Shown one piece after another: positions 1 through 10,482 of a stretch of DNA of 40,447 nt. The notes beneath the pieces were generated by a model. It saw only the letters and a program-made list of their open reading frames with translations. It made no database searches and was not told the origin of the DNA. Source of the stretch: Leptospiraceae bacterium (GTDB lineage: Bacteria > Spirochaetota > Leptospiria > Leptospirales > Leptospiraceae); contig JANMOF010000135.1 in NCBI GenBank assembly GCA_031368925.1, forward strand, positions 1 through 40,447. Direction: 5' to 3'. The translations under genes were made by a program, and so were the position numbers. The first letter of the stretch is position 1. Each line of letters starts with the position of its first letter.

Positions 1-320
1 CCGGCCGTGCCACAATCCGCATCGATGTGAACCAGGGATGGGACGAGGTGACGGCGAAGCGGCTCCTCCCGCGCATGGCATCCGTGGGTGTGATGATGGC
101 CGAGCAGCCCCTGCCCAAATGGAATCTAGAGGGCATGAGCCGGCTCGCCACGTCCTCCCCGATAGCGATCATGGCGGACGAGGGCGTGGCGTCTTCCCAC
201 GATGCGATCGCTCATGTCCGTCAGCATGCAGCGAATGCAGTCGCGCAGGCATACTCGCAGTTCTCGAGTCAGATGCTGGAAATGAATTCAGTGCGCGTAT
301 ATTTCCAATTCCCGCGAAGG
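1..320. other. GC-rich segment (about 60% GC) compositionally foreign to the rest of the window. It carries the 3' part of an ORF (27..335, + frame). The junction with AT-rich DNA lies at about 300-335
   Basis: Abrupt GC shift seen directly. The 27..335 translation is protein-like (Ala/Val/Gln-rich) and unlike the spirochaete-like remainder. Confidence 0.6.
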
Positions 321-331
321 GCGATAAGGAT

Positions 332-3100
332 TTAATTGTATCTTATTCAACAGTATTAGACACAAACCCTCCTCAATATACAATTCCATTGGTAGGATTA
401 CCAGAAATTGAAAATTTTAAAGTGACGGTTCTCTATGATGAAAAAGAATTTCAGCAGGAAAAAGCCAAGCCTTCCAAAGAAGAAGGAAGCACAGTAAACC
501 GAAAAGTATTTTCCATCCAAAAAAAGAATTATAAACCAGAAAGAGATTACGGGTTCGAGCACAAAACAAAGGGTAACCTCTATTTAAAAAATGATTCTCT
601 CTTTGCGCTTCATTTTGTTCCTGTAAAAGAATCTGCTAACGAAAAATTTAAAGAAGACAAAGTTGTTTTTTTAATTGATACCTCTGCCTCGGCTGCGATT
701 CGTTACCAAGATCACCTAGAAAGAATCGAAGATATCTTAAGACAAATGCCTGCTAAAGAAATTCATATCTTTGGATTTGATAATAAGCTTAGCTATTATG
801 GAAATTCTAAGGAAGATTTAGATAAATTAAAAAAAATTCTTCCTCTAGGAGCGAGTAATATCTATTCTGCGCTAAAAGGAATTCCTACCAAAGCAGAAAT
901 AAAAGAAGCCCGCCTGGTGGTATTTTCAGATGGTGTTGCTACCGCTGGAACCATTGAAAAAACAAAGATAGCCGATTTAGTAAAGGGTCAAAAATGGATT
1001 AGCCGCTTGGACTTCATTATTCCTGGAACCTATAAAGACCCAGGACTTATTAAAAAAATAATTCCCCTTGGAAAAAACCCGGGCGCGTCTATTGATTTAG
1101 GGGATGATATTGAAGAAATTCTAAAAAAATTAAACCGAAAAGTTCATACAGATAATAAAGTTTCTATTCCAGGGGTAAAATGGTTTTATCCGGATACACT
1201 TGATTCCATTCAACCCGGCGATCCGGTTGTAGTATTTGGAGAGCTAAAGGATAAGGACGGTAATCCGTCAAAAGACATTCTTTTTAACGGAAAGCCAGTT
1301 GATAGTTTTACGAATCTCACAATGGATGAACTTCTCTTAGAGCGTGAGGCAATGGCAGCGCGAATCAATCGACTCATTGACCTTTCCGAAAAAGAACAAA
1401 ATGAAGATACAGCGAAAGGATTTGAATTACAAGCACGCGAGCTTTCGATTAAACATAGAATTCAATCTCCGTATACATCCTTTTTAGTTTTAGAAACGGA
1501 AGCAGACTATGCCAGGTTTCAAATTACACGAAATTCTCTTACGAATATTTTAACCATCGGTGTGAGTGGACTAGAGGTGATTAACCGCCGCAATGCAAAG
1601 AACTATGAATTTCTAAGCGAAGAAAAAATTGAAGAAGCAAGACGAGAAAAAGAAGCACAAGCAAATCGTGTAACTAAAAATCACGCCAAGAAAAAATCCA
1701 AGGGGAAAAATGGAGGTTCCGCTTCTTCGAGTGACTCTATTGCAGCGAATAAAATGGATGCAGACTACGATGAAGACGATGCTTCAATGGAGGAACCAAG
1801 AAGATCAAGTGATAAAAAGTCTCTTGATATGAAAGTATCAGAGAAGGAAACCTCTAAACAATTCAATGGCAAGGGATTCACGCCGGAAGGACCCGCAGGA
1901 ACAGAACCAAATCTTCCACCTGGATACAAAGACATGGATTATCAAAAAGGAGATAAATCCCCTGCATCAGGCAAATCCTCCGTAGCCGACATGAAGCCTT
2001 CCCCAAAACCAGAATCTAAAACAGAGGAGCTAAAAAAAGAAGCAACGGTGGAAAAACCTCAGCAAGTTCCGGCTAAGACTGTTATAACGATTAACGACGA
2101 ACCAGAGCCCCTACCCGAAAGAGAAAGGCGAAGACTGGAATCCATTCGTAGACCACCTCCCCGCCCCCGTCCTGAGGTTGATGAAAAAAGAGAAAAAGTA
2201 GAGCCATATACTGGAAATATGAAAAAGTTTCAAAGCCTTTTGGATAAAAAGGAATTGAAGAAGGCATATCAATTTGCACTCGACTGGAGAATTAAAAGTC
2301 CAGATGATGCACTAGCTCTCATTGCACTTGGGGATGCATTTGATAAGTTAGGCGATAAGCCAAATACAATTCGAAGCTATACTTCTCTCGTAGATTATTT
2401 TCCGAAACGTGCGGATATTCGTCGTTGGGCGGGAGAGAAGCTAATGTCAATTGGTGAATATGATGATGCGATAGACACATTAAATCACGCACTCATCCAG
2501 AGACCGGATCATCCAAGTAGCTACCATCTATTAGCCATTGCCTACATCAAAGACAAACAATACAAGAATGCGGCAGGAGTGACATTAAAAGGAATTAATT
2601 ACCAATTTGACGGAAGATTTGGCGCCGTGCATGATATTCTATATGATGACTTAGATCTTGCTTACAGCCTTGCGATGAAAACAGACGGTAAAGACAAAGA
2701 GTATTTTACAAAAATAAAATCCGAATATAAAATTAAGCAGCTAACGAAGGAAATCCGTTTTATCCTGGTTTGGGAAACAGATGCAAATGACGTTGACTTT
2801 CATATCTACGATAAGAATGGAAACCATGCTTTTTACAGTGCGATGGAACTTGCAACTGGTGGTGCGCTATATGCTGATTTAACCGGCGGCTACGGACCTG
2901 AGTGCTTTCGTATCATTAACCCACTTGCATTTCCTTATAAACTAGAAGCTCATTATTATAGCCGTGGTCCTATGGGATACGGCATGGGGGCAGTTCAGAT
3001 TATCCGCTATGATGGTGATAAGACATTGGAAGTGGATACCCGTGATTATGTGATAATGAATGATGGAGCATTCTTGGATTTGGGAAGTGTTAAGGAGTAG
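332..3100 (+). CDS. 5'-truncated VIT/vWA protein. It has the tail of a VIT-like domain, a vWA domain with the MIDAS motif D-T-S-A-S, a Lys/Glu/Pro-rich disordered linker, TPR-like repeats and a C-terminal beta-domain (DUF2135-like). No start codon is present in the AT-rich part
   Basis: [16 protein letters not shown] motif. [10 protein letters not shown] motif typical of bacterial VIT-vWA proteins. TPR-like helices [10 protein letters not shown]...[10 protein letters not shown]. First in-frame Met comes only after the MIDAS motif. The upstream in-frame sequence is Arg/Gly-rich read-through of the GC-rich segment. Confidence 0.65.
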   Translation, partial: LIVSYSTVLDTNPPQYTIPLVGLPEIENFKVTVLYDEKEFQQEKAKPSKEEGSTVNRKVFSIQKKNYKPERDYGFEHKTKGNLYLKNDSLFALHFVPVKESANEKFKEDKVVFLIDTSASAAIRYQDHLERIEDILRQMPAKEIHIFGFDNKLSYYGNSKEDLDKLKKILPLGASNIYSALKGIPTKAEIKEARLVVFSDGVATAGTIEKTKIADLVKGQKWISRLDFIIPGTYKDPGLIKKIIPLGKNPGASIDLGDDIEEILKKLNRKVHTDNKVSIPGVKWFYPDTLDSIQPGDPVVVFGELKDKDGNPSKDILFNGKPVDSFTNLTMDELLLEREAMAARINRLIDLSEKEQNEDTAKGFELQARELSIKHRIQSPYTSFLVLETEADYARFQITRNSLTNILTIGVSGLEVINRRNAKNYEFLSEEKIEEARREKEAQANRVTKNHAKKKSKGKNGGSASSSDSIAANKMDADYDEDDASMEEPRRSSDKKSLDMKVSEKETSKQFNGKGFTPEGPAGTEPNLPPGYKDMDYQKGDKSPASGKSSVADMKPSPKPESKTEELKKEATVEKPQQVPAKTVITINDEPEPLPERERRRLESIRRPPPRPRPEVDEKREKVEPYTGNMKKFQSLLDKKELKKAYQFALDWRIKSPDDALALIALGDAFDKLGDKPNTIRSYTSLVDYFPKRADIRRWAGEKLMSIGEYDDAIDTLNHALIQRPDHPSSYHLLAIAYIKDKQYKNAAGVTLKGINYQFDGRFGAVHDILYDDLDLAYSLAMKTDGKDKEYFTKIKSEYKIKQLTKEIRFILVWETDANDVDFHIYDKNGNHAFYSAMELATGGALYADLTGGYGPECFRIINPLAFPYKLEAHYYSRGPMGYGMGAVQIIRYDGDKTLEVDTRDYVIMNDGAFLDLGSVKE

Positions 3101-3632
3101 AATTCCCCTGAATTTCCCTAATCATAACCTGTAAGCTAGTTTCCAGTGCATGGGAAATCTCTTCTTCCACGTGGAGATTTCCCTCTTTATCTACTTTGTT
3201 TCTTAAAAACGCAATATGCACAGCAGCTTCTTCGATTATCCGCGCTGACATCACGGATAACGTTTCAGATAATGATGCCTTAATAATTGGAGATGCATTT
3301 AAAAAGGCGACAGGCTTTCCTACAAACTCACCACTTGACACAACCCAATCAAGTGCATTCTTAAAAACGCCCGGAATTCCATGTGCATATTCAGGACAAG
3401 AAATATAAAATCCATCGGCTAATGCGAGTTCTCTGCGCCAAATTTTTACATTTGGTAGGACTTCGTCTTTATCTAGGTCTGGATTAAAATGAGGAAGCTG
3501 GTCGATATGTATACTAATTTTGAAATCTACATTCTTGGGTGCAAGCTTTGCTAACTCTTGTAAGGCTGCAAGATTGGAAGATCCCTTGCGTAGACTTCCA
3601 GAAAGTCCAAGTATTCTAATTCTATTTACCAT
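3090..3632 (-). CDS. NAD(P)H-dependent FMN reductase (flavodoxin-like fold, ChrR/YieF family)
   Basis: [16 protein letters not shown]-terminal motif, [21 protein letters not shown]. Length 180 aa. Confidence 0.8.
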   Translation of the reverse strand: MVNRIRILGLSGSLRKGSSNLAALQELAKLAPKNVDFKISIHIDQLPHFNPDLDKDEVLPNVKIWRRELALADGFYISCPEYAHGIPGVFKNALDWVVSSGEFVGKPVAFLNASPIIKASLSETLSVMSARIIEEAAVHIAFLRNKVDKEGNLHVEEEISHALETSLQVMIREIQGNSTP

Positions 3633-4105
3633 TTACAATGCTCGATATTTATTTCAGTCCATTGGAGTGGGATCATATTGGGATGCATATTCTCATCTTC
3701 TTTGAGCTTTAAAACCTTTGCTGTTTTATCAAGTGCTTCAAATCCCCAATAGAATTTATGACCATTACGCGCAGTAGAAAGATCGGGACAATTGGCAAGT
3801 CCGCTATGGTATGTGGGTGAATACTGTTTGCCTTTGTCGTCGATTAGAATGTTGGATTGTAAAATAGTGCACGCGCTATAGTCTTTGATAAATTCCATCT
3901 CGATGACTGTCTTGCCCTTACCCACACAAATTTTATTGACTCTAATCTCGTTGTATGTGTTGACATGAAAAATTTCACAACATACGATGTCACCTTTTGA
4001 TGGTTTAGGTTTATCAGTCTTCGCCTTAACTTTCATTTCTCCAATTCTTGCAAAAAGCGAAACTGAAATAAAAGCGGCTAATAGTAATAATACTGTCTTC
4101 ATCAT
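3626..4105 (-). CDS. Secreted Cys-containing protein, tandem paralogue A (signal peptide, 159 aa)
   Basis: N-terminal hydrophobic signal MMKTVLLLLAAFISVSLFA. Conserved CC, NCP, F-W-F-E-LDK and C-terminal H-C-K-W motifs shared with the neighbouring ORF. Confidence 0.6.
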   Translation of the reverse strand: MMKTVLLLLAAFISVSLFARIGEMKVKAKTDKPKPSKGDIVCCEIFHVNTYNEIRVNKICVGKGKTVIEMEFIKDYSACTILQSNILIDDKGKQYSPTYHSGLANCPDLSTARNGHKFYWGFEALDKTAKVLKLKEDENMHPNMIPLQWTEINIEHCKW

Positions 4106-4114
4106 GCTCTCCTT

Positions 4115-4594
4115 TTATAAATTGCAATGCCCGACTGTAACTTCTTTCCACGACCACCAATTCCATGCACCGCTCGTTGGATTTGGTGCAGTAGAATCCT
4201 CTTCTATACTAATTGAAATTGTGTTCTTGTCCAATTTTTCAAATTCCCAGGAAAAGAGAGTATTACCCTGAATTAGATTTGCCTTAGGACAGTTGCTAAT
4301 TCCATGAATGGCAAGCGGTTGATAACTCTTTCCCTTTTCGTCTGTAAGACTAATTTTATCTAAGTAGGAACAAGCATTGGCAGTATTTTCTAAATGCATA
4401 TAAATTAGAGTAGATTGCTTCATCTGGCAAAGTTTGATTAGCCGCACATTGTCTTGTTCTGTCGCCTGGAGAGCACAGCAATTTGTTTTCTTGGTTGCTT
4501 TTGCTTTTTTGATCGGTTTCACACCAGGGTTTATGATTGTATATACTTCACTTGATAAAAATGAAAGAAAAAGAAAAATTAGAACTCGTTTCAT
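4115..4594 (-). CDS. Secreted Cys-containing protein, tandem paralogue B (signal peptide, 159 aa)
   Basis: Signal MKRVLIFLFLSFLSS. Same Cys pattern and GHCNL C-terminus as 3626..4105. Confidence 0.6.
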   Translation of the reverse strand: MKRVLIFLFLSFLSSEVYTIINPGVKPIKKAKATKKTNCCALQATEQDNVRLIKLCQMKQSTLIYMHLENTANACSYLDKISLTDEKGKSYQPLAIHGISNCPKANLIQGNTLFSWEFEKLDKNTISISIEEDSTAPNPTSGAWNWWSWKEVTVGHCNL

Positions 4595-4597
4595 AAA

Positions 4598-5764
4598 CTA
4601 CCCCTTCACACAAAGAATTTGTTTTAACTCGAATTCTACCTTCACTAAATCTTTTTGATTTTGAATTACTTCATCAATGTTTTTGTAGGCTCCTGGAATT
4701 TCATCTAGAACTCCCCCGTCTTTTCTACACTCAACACCAGAAGTTTGTGCTTCTAAGTCCTGTAGAGAATAATTCTTCTTAGCCTGTGTGCGACTCATGC
4801 GCCTTCCTGCCCCATGAGAGGCGGAATGAAACGATTCAGGATTTCCAAGACCGCGAACGATATAAGACTTAGTTCCCATTGATCCGGGGATAATACCCCA
4901 TTCCCCCTCGCGGGCAGAAATAGCTCCTTTGCGAGTAACAATTACATCTTCTCCGAAATGAGTTTCTTCTGAAACATAATTGTGATGACAAAGAATTGGC
5001 TCTTCAAATTTGATTTCTGGAAAGAATCCTTTTAGAATTGTTTTATAAATTTCAAACATAGTTTGTCGGTTTAGCAATGCGTATCGTTGCGCCCAGAATA
5101 AATCTCTTCTGTATGCTTCCATTTCGGGAGTATTGGCAAGAAAAACCGCAAGGTCTCTATCCGGCAAATAGGTATTATGCGATAGTTTCTTAGCTGTGGA
5201 TATATGAATCTCAGCAAGCGTCTTACCGATATTACGCGAACCGGAATGAAGCATCATCCAGACAGTGTTTTCCGTATCCAAACAGAGTTCTATGAAATGG
5301 TTTCCACCGCCGAGTGTTCCGCATTGATAGATTGCCTTTGACTCCAGTTTCATTACTTTTGGGTGGAGGGAACGAAATTCGGCAAATAATGAATTTGTCC
5401 TACTTTGCACTTTTGGTTGCTTGTGCTCGTTAAATCCAACTGGAATTTTTTGTTCGATTTTATTTCGAATTTCCAATAAGCTATCGGGTAACGCATCTGC
5501 TTTTAAGTTTGTGCGAATCGCACCCATTCCGCAACCAATGTCAACTCCCACCGCCGCGGGGCTAATGGCATCTTTCATAGCAATCACAGATCCAACAGTA
5601 GCACCAATTCCGAAATGCACATCGGGCATAACAGCGACATGCCGGAAAACCCACGGGAGGCTCGCAATATTTTTGAGTTGAGTCAAAGCTTGTGATTCAA
5701 CATCTTCGAGTTTCGTCCAAAGTTTTACGGGAACAGTTTTGCCTTGTAATTCAGAAATTGCCAT
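4598..5764 (-). CDS. rtcB: RNA-splicing ligase RtcB (3'-phosphate/5'-OH RNA ligase)
   Basis: HFGIGATVGSV, GCGMGAIRT, HSGSRNIG, HHNYVSEE and NPESFHSASHGAGRRMSR motifs characteristic of RtcB. Confidence 0.9.
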   Translation of the reverse strand: MAISELQGKTVPVKLWTKLEDVESQALTQLKNIASLPWVFRHVAVMPDVHFGIGATVGSVIAMKDAISPAAVGVDIGCGMGAIRTNLKADALPDSLLEIRNKIEQKIPVGFNEHKQPKVQSRTNSLFAEFRSLHPKVMKLESKAIYQCGTLGGGNHFIELCLDTENTVWMMLHSGSRNIGKTLAEIHISTAKKLSHNTYLPDRDLAVFLANTPEMEAYRRDLFWAQRYALLNRQTMFEIYKTILKGFFPEIKFEEPILCHHNYVSEETHFGEDVIVTRKGAISAREGEWGIIPGSMGTKSYIVRGLGNPESFHSASHGAGRRMSRTQAKKNYSLQDLEAQTSGVECRKDGGVLDEIPGAYKNIDEVIQNQKDLVKVEFELKQILCVKG

Positions 5765-5779
5765 TTCAAATCTCCTCGC

Positions 5780-6076
5780 TTAGAATTCGTAGATCCATAA
5801 ATAAATTGAAAGAACTACAGCAGAAATAATCAAACCATAAAAGAATGCCTTAAAAATAAATTCAATTCTTATACTAAAATCTTCAATGGAAGCTCTCCTT
5901 TCTTCATAGCTTAAAGTCTTTTTATGGCGAATAGAATTTCCCTCTTTAGCAAAAATGATATGCTTAAAAAAAATACCTACTAGAAAAATAATTAGAAAAG
6001 CTAATAGCAAAGGGAAAATGTATAAGAAAATCCAGGTAGTTAGATGGATAAAGAAAAGGGAAATACTAAAATTCAT
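5780..6076 (-). CDS. Small integral membrane protein (3 predicted TM helices), function unknown
   Basis: Hydrophobic segments. Start overlaps the upstream FolC-like gene. Confidence 0.4.
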   Translation of the reverse strand: MNFSISLFFIHLTTWIFLYIFPLLLAFLIIFLVGIFFKHIIFAKEGNSIRHKKTLSYEERRASIEDFSIRIEFIFKAFFYGLIISAVVLSIYLWIYEF

Positions 6077-7241
6077 TTTTCTTTACTTGGTTGTATAATC
6101 GAAAACTTCCGATTACTAAACTTGCAGACTCAATTTTTGAGAGAGCTATATCTTCTTCGGCAATATGTAAAATCTTAGAATGCGAAATGCTTTCTGTATT
6201 CCAATTTACACCTACGATTTGAAAAACTTTCTGAACGATTGGCTCCTTGACTAAAATCTCTAAAATCTTTTTTACATCCTTATCTTTTAAAGAACCAACA
6301 TACATATTCCAATGGGTTTCAAATGGGTAAAGTATTTTTAAAGATTGCAAAATAAAACTTATGGCAGAAGGATTGTGACCAACGTCAAATAATAAAATTG
6401 GCTCTTTGCGCAAAACTTGCATTCGCCCCGGTATAGTGTGGATAATATCTAGTATATCTCTTTCGATATCCTCTTGCAAATGTTCGGCTAGAATCTGATT
6501 TACAATAAATAGCGCAAACTCTTTATTAAACGAGAGATAATCTTTTTCAACAAGATGTGGATATACAATTAGTTCAATATTTTTATCTTTACAAAATTTT
6601 TCTACTAGTTTATTTATAGTTTCTTCTTGTAGAAAAGTGAATAATAACTTTGTATTTGTGCCTACAATTTGTAATTTCTCCATTAGAATTTTTTCTTCTG
6701 TATCACCTAAGATTTCTGTATGATCTAAACTAATTTTTGTCAGAACAACAATATCTGGATTTACAAGCTTAGTTGCATCAAGCCTGCCGCCAAGTCCCGC
6801 TTCATAGATTTCCATCTTACAGCTATTAGCCTTAAAATAAAGAATTGCGAGAAAAGTGAAAAACTCAAAATAAGAGAGCGTTTTTAATTTCTCTAATTCT
6901 TCTTTAGAAAAAGAATTTAATTTATCATCCATCCACTCATCAGAAATCATAATTCCATTTAACTGGATCCGTTCATTCTGAGTTACCAAATGTGGAGAAG
7001 TATAAAGCCCTACCGGAGAAAAATTTTTTAATCTAAAAAATAATTGGCTCAGAAAATAAGCAGTCGACCCTTTGCCGTTAGTCCCAACCAGGGAAATACG
7101 AATATTATTCTCACTTGCCTGCAATAACCCAAAGCTAGTTAATATAGATTGAAATTCAGTAAGCGAATATTCCTTAAATACATTAAAGTTACGAGTCTTC
7201 TCCAGATTTGTAAGGCTAGATAAAAATTGGTTTATATTCAA
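6066..7241 (-). CDS. folC: Mur-ligase-family folylpolyglutamate synthase/dihydrofolate synthase (FolC-like)
   Basis: P-loop VGTNGKGST of Mur ligase/FolC family. Length of about 390 aa fits FolC. Confidence 0.65.
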   Translation of the reverse strand: MNINQFLSSLTNLEKTRNFNVFKEYSLTEFQSILTSFGLLQASENNIRISLVGTNGKGSTAYFLSQLFFRLKNFSPVGLYTSPHLVTQNERIQLNGIMISDEWMDDKLNSFSKEELEKLKTLSYFEFFTFLAILYFKANSCKMEIYEAGLGGRLDATKLVNPDIVVLTKISLDHTEILGDTEEKILMEKLQIVGTNTKLLFTFLQEETINKLVEKFCKDKNIELIVYPHLVEKDYLSFNKEFALFIVNQILAEHLQEDIERDILDIIHTIPGRMQVLRKEPILLFDVGHNPSAISFILQSLKILYPFETHWNMYVGSLKDKDVKKILEILVKEPIVQKVFQIVGVNWNTESISHSKILHIAEEDIALSKIESASLVIGSFRLYNQVKKNEF

Positions 7242-7294
7242 TTTGTTGTTCCTGTTCTTTTAAGGATAATACTAATTACACTGTGATATAGAGG

Positions 7295-8077
7295 TTAACT
7301 CATTTTTTTCCCACCATAATAATTCCAACTTACCAATTCTTCAAAACTTCGTCTCTCATCAGAAACCCAATCAATTGTATTTCGTTTTCCATCCTGACTT
7401 ATATACCCCAAGCGGTATACAGCCATTAGCTCATGTGTATCAGGAACTTTTAGTATATTTAAAATCTTATTCCAGTTCTCAGGAATTTCCATCGGAGTGG
7501 ATACGAACTGTAAGCCAATACCTAGAGAAGTTGCCGTTAACCAAATATTTTGCAGTGCTGCTCCCATTGATATGAGTGAATAAATTCCTGATTTTTCTCC
7601 TGGCTGGTATTCCTCTTTTCGTAACATGAATCCAAGTAGCAATGGTGAGTCTGATACAATTTTCTTTGCATCTTTGCCGAGTATATTAGGCACTCTTAAA
7701 AAATTTAGAATTTTTACTCCGTCTGCACCGAAGATTTTTGAAATAAATGGTCGTAATATTGTTGGGACTTTATCTATAAAAATTCCTGATTTTTTTTCTT
7801 CTATTTCTGTTTTCGAAAATCGAAAGTATTTCAAATACCGTTTAAAGAAATCCCCCTTTGATATGAGTTGATTCATTGACTCACCTGCAATTACACCAAT
7901 TTCTTTTCTAATTCCCTGGTCAGTAACCAAAATAAAATCCCAGGGCTGGCTATTAAAATGTGACGGTGCTCGATTCGCCGCAAAAATAATTTCACGAATG
8001 TCCTCTTCTCTAAGTGCCTCGTTTTTAAACGCCTTATTCGTTGTTCTTCTTCTAATAATGCTTTCTCTTAATTCCAT
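7295..8077 (-). CDS. Nitroreductase-family flavoprotein
   Basis: Nitroreductase signature around RAPSHFNSQPWDFILV. Confidence 0.65.
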   Translation of the reverse strand: MELRESIIRRRTTNKAFKNEALREEDIREIIFAANRAPSHFNSQPWDFILVTDQGIRKEIGVIAGESMNQLISKGDFFKRYLKYFRFSKTEIEEKKSGIFIDKVPTILRPFISKIFGADGVKILNFLRVPNILGKDAKKIVSDSPLLLGFMLRKEEYQPGEKSGIYSLISMGAALQNIWLTATSLGIGLQFVSTPMEIPENWNKILNILKVPDTHELMAVYRLGYISQDGKRNTIDWVSDERRSFEELVSWNYYGGKKMS

Positions 8078-8168
8078 GCTTTAGTATTTCTTTGGAAAAC
8101 ATTGTAAGTCAACGAATAAAACTGTAAATTTACTTGAAGAATTTCTGCATGTTTAGAATTCTATTTTT

Positions 8169-8954
8169 ATGAAAATACATCCTACAGCTATTATAGACCC
8201 GAAAGCAGAACTGCATGAATCGGTAGAAGTGGGACCTTATTCCATCATCGAAGGCGATGTGCAAATAGGAGAGGGTTCTTGGATTGAAAGTTGTGTAAGA
8301 ATTTATTCTGGAACACGAATGGGAAAATTTAATAAGGTGCATCATACCGCGGTTATCGGCGGATTGCCACAAGATTTAAGTTTTAAACCTGAGACTAAAA
8401 CTTATACTCAAATTGGAGATCATAATACTTTTCGCGAAGGCTTTACCTTGCACAGGGCAACTAAAGAAGGAAACGCAACGATCATTGGAAACAAAAATTA
8501 TTTCATGGGTCAAGCGCATATCGCACACGATTGTGTATTTGGCGATGAAAACATTATCGTTCTAAACGGACAAGTCGCAGGACATTGTCATATTGGAAAC
8601 CATGTTTTTATTTCTGGCTTAGTTGGACTCCATCAATTTTGTAGCGTTGGCGACTATGCTATGTTAGCCGCTTGCTCTAAGATTCCACGAGATGTTCCGC
8701 CCTATGTAACTATTGATGGAAATCCAGCAACAGTCATCGGACTCAATTCTGTTGGGTTAAAAAGAGCAGGTTTTTCTCCTGATACGCGCAATAAAATTAA
8801 ACATGCTTACAAAGTGATTTATCATTCGAAGATGAATACCTCACAAGCATTAGAGGTATTAAAAGCAGAAAATGATCCTTCCCCTGAGGTAAAATACATT
8901 ATCCGCTTCATCGAAACTTGTGAAAGAGGAATCACAGATCACAGAGCCATATGA
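8169..8954 (+). CDS. lpxA: Acyl-ACP:UDP-N-acetylglucosamine O-acyltransferase LpxA
   Basis: Left-handed beta-helix hexapeptide repeats from the N-terminus (IHPTAIIDPKAELHESVEVGPYSII...). About 260 aa. Helical C-terminus typical of LpxA. Confidence 0.85.
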   Translation: MKIHPTAIIDPKAELHESVEVGPYSIIEGDVQIGEGSWIESCVRIYSGTRMGKFNKVHHTAVIGGLPQDLSFKPETKTYTQIGDHNTFREGFTLHRATKEGNATIIGNKNYFMGQAHIAHDCVFGDENIIVLNGQVAGHCHIGNHVFISGLVGLHQFCSVGDYAMLAACSKIPRDVPPYVTIDGNPATVIGLNSVGLKRAGFSPDTRNKIKHAYKVIYHSKMNTSQALEVLKAENDPSPEVKYIIRFIETCERGITDHRAI

Positions 8955-9922
8955 GATTAATCGTATCCGGGGGAGCCGGGTATATAGGAAGCCATATCGT
9001 ATGCGAGTTAAACGCCCGCACAGAACATGAAGTAGTTGTTGTTGATTCAATGGAAAAAGGTTGTGAGGTAAATCTTTTTTCCAAGAATGAATTTATCAGG
9101 GGGGATATTGCAGATGACACTATTCTAAAGAAAATCTTTTCGAAAAAAGTAGACGCAGTATTTCATTTTGCCGCCTGGAAAGGTGCAGGCGAATCAATGT
9201 TACTCCCTGAAAAGTATTCTATCAATAATCTGAACGGAACTTTAAAACTCCTAACTGCCATGTCAGAAAATGGCTGCAAGAAAATTATCTTTTCTTCTTC
9301 TGCCGCAGTCTACGGCGCACCAGTATATCTTCCAATAGACGAAAAGCATCCTTTGAACCAGGAAAATTATTACGGCTACACTAAATTTGCCATTGAAGAA
9401 AATCTTAAGTGGTATGATAAACTAAAAGGAATTAAGTTTGCCGCTTTGCGCTATTTTAACGCTGCGGGCTATGACACACAGGGTCGTGTGCGTGGATTAG
9501 AAAGAACTCCTGCCAATCTTCTTCCTATCATCATGGAAACTGCTTCCGGTATGAGAAAGAGTTTTGATATTTTCGGTGACGACTATGAAACACCTGATGG
9601 AACTTGCATCCGAGATTACATACACGTTAGCGATCTTGCTCTTGCTCATCTTTTAAGTTTGGATTATATTGTTGCAAACGAGAGTTCAATCACGATTAAC
9701 CTCGGCTCTGAAAATGGATATTCAGTAAAAGAAATTACTTCTATGGCTGAGAGTGTTGTGGGAAAATCCATTCCTCATAAGATCGGTCCACGTCGTCCTG
9801 GAGATCCCGCAAAGCTTCTTGCCTCCTCCGCTAAGGCGCGTGAGCTTTTAAAGTGGAAACCAGTATTCAGTGATTCCAAGACACTTATAGAATCTATGTG
9901 GAATGTATATCCTAGAGGGTAA
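8951..9922 (+). CDS. galE: UDP-glucose 4-epimerase GalE (SDR family). The ATGA start/stop overlap with lpxA indicates coupling
   Basis: GGAGYIGSH Rossmann motif. YGYTK catalytic YxxxK. 323 aa. Confidence 0.85.
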   Translation: MRLIVSGGAGYIGSHIVCELNARTEHEVVVVDSMEKGCEVNLFSKNEFIRGDIADDTILKKIFSKKVDAVFHFAAWKGAGESMLLPEKYSINNLNGTLKLLTAMSENGCKKIIFSSSAAVYGAPVYLPIDEKHPLNQENYYGYTKFAIEENLKWYDKLKGIKFAALRYFNAAGYDTQGRVRGLERTPANLLPIIMETASGMRKSFDIFGDDYETPDGTCIRDYIHVSDLALAHLLSLDYIVANESSITINLGSENGYSVKEITSMAESVVGKSIPHKIGPRRPGDPAKLLASSAKARELLKWKPVFSDSKTLIESMWNVYPRG

Positions 9923-9958
9923 TTTTAATTACTCTCTAGAATTTTAATGACCACTAAA

Positions 9959-10429
9959 CTATAAAGAATTCCAATTGTCTAATTTCTTAACGAATTCAAT
10001 TATCTTTGTTTGAAGTTCAAAATTAGGTTCATCTAAATCTCCAAGCGTGTAAAGGATTTTAGTCTTATCCTTTGCACCCATTTGGAGACTCAGTTCATTG
10101 AAACTAATTCCAACGTTATTCTTAATATCATCGCTTAACTCAACATTAATTCCCAAAGCATTTAGATCCAAAAGAGCATTCAATATCTTTATTGATTTAT
10201 CTTTAGGAATGAGTTCATCTATAGTTTTTTTTTCTTCCGGTTCGCCTGCAACGAATTTTCCTTTATAAGAATATCGTATGCGAAGTCCACTTCCCTCATT
10301 TTTCAAAACTATGTTCAGATCAAATTGGTACATTGGAGAAACCGGACCTGATGATTCAATCAATTCGATATAAACAGGAACTAAATTCCCGTGAGAGTCA
10401 AACAAATTTGTTTTATTTATTTCTGGCAT
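9959..10429 (-). CDS. Hypothetical 156-aa protein directly downstream of the first C1 peptidase
   Basis: ORF only, no recognisable motif. Confidence 0.4.
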   Translation of the reverse strand: MPEINKTNLFDSHGNLVPVYIELIESSGPVSPMYQFDLNIVLKNEGSGLRIRYSYKGKFVAGEPEEKKTIDELIPKDKSIKILNALLDLNALGINVELSDDIKNNVGISFNELSLQMGAKDKTKILYTLGDLDEPNFELQTKIIEFVKKLDNWNSL

Positions 10430-10482
10430 TTTCTATTTCCCTTATTTCTGAATTTGTAATAAACTGACTTGAAAATACGTTC

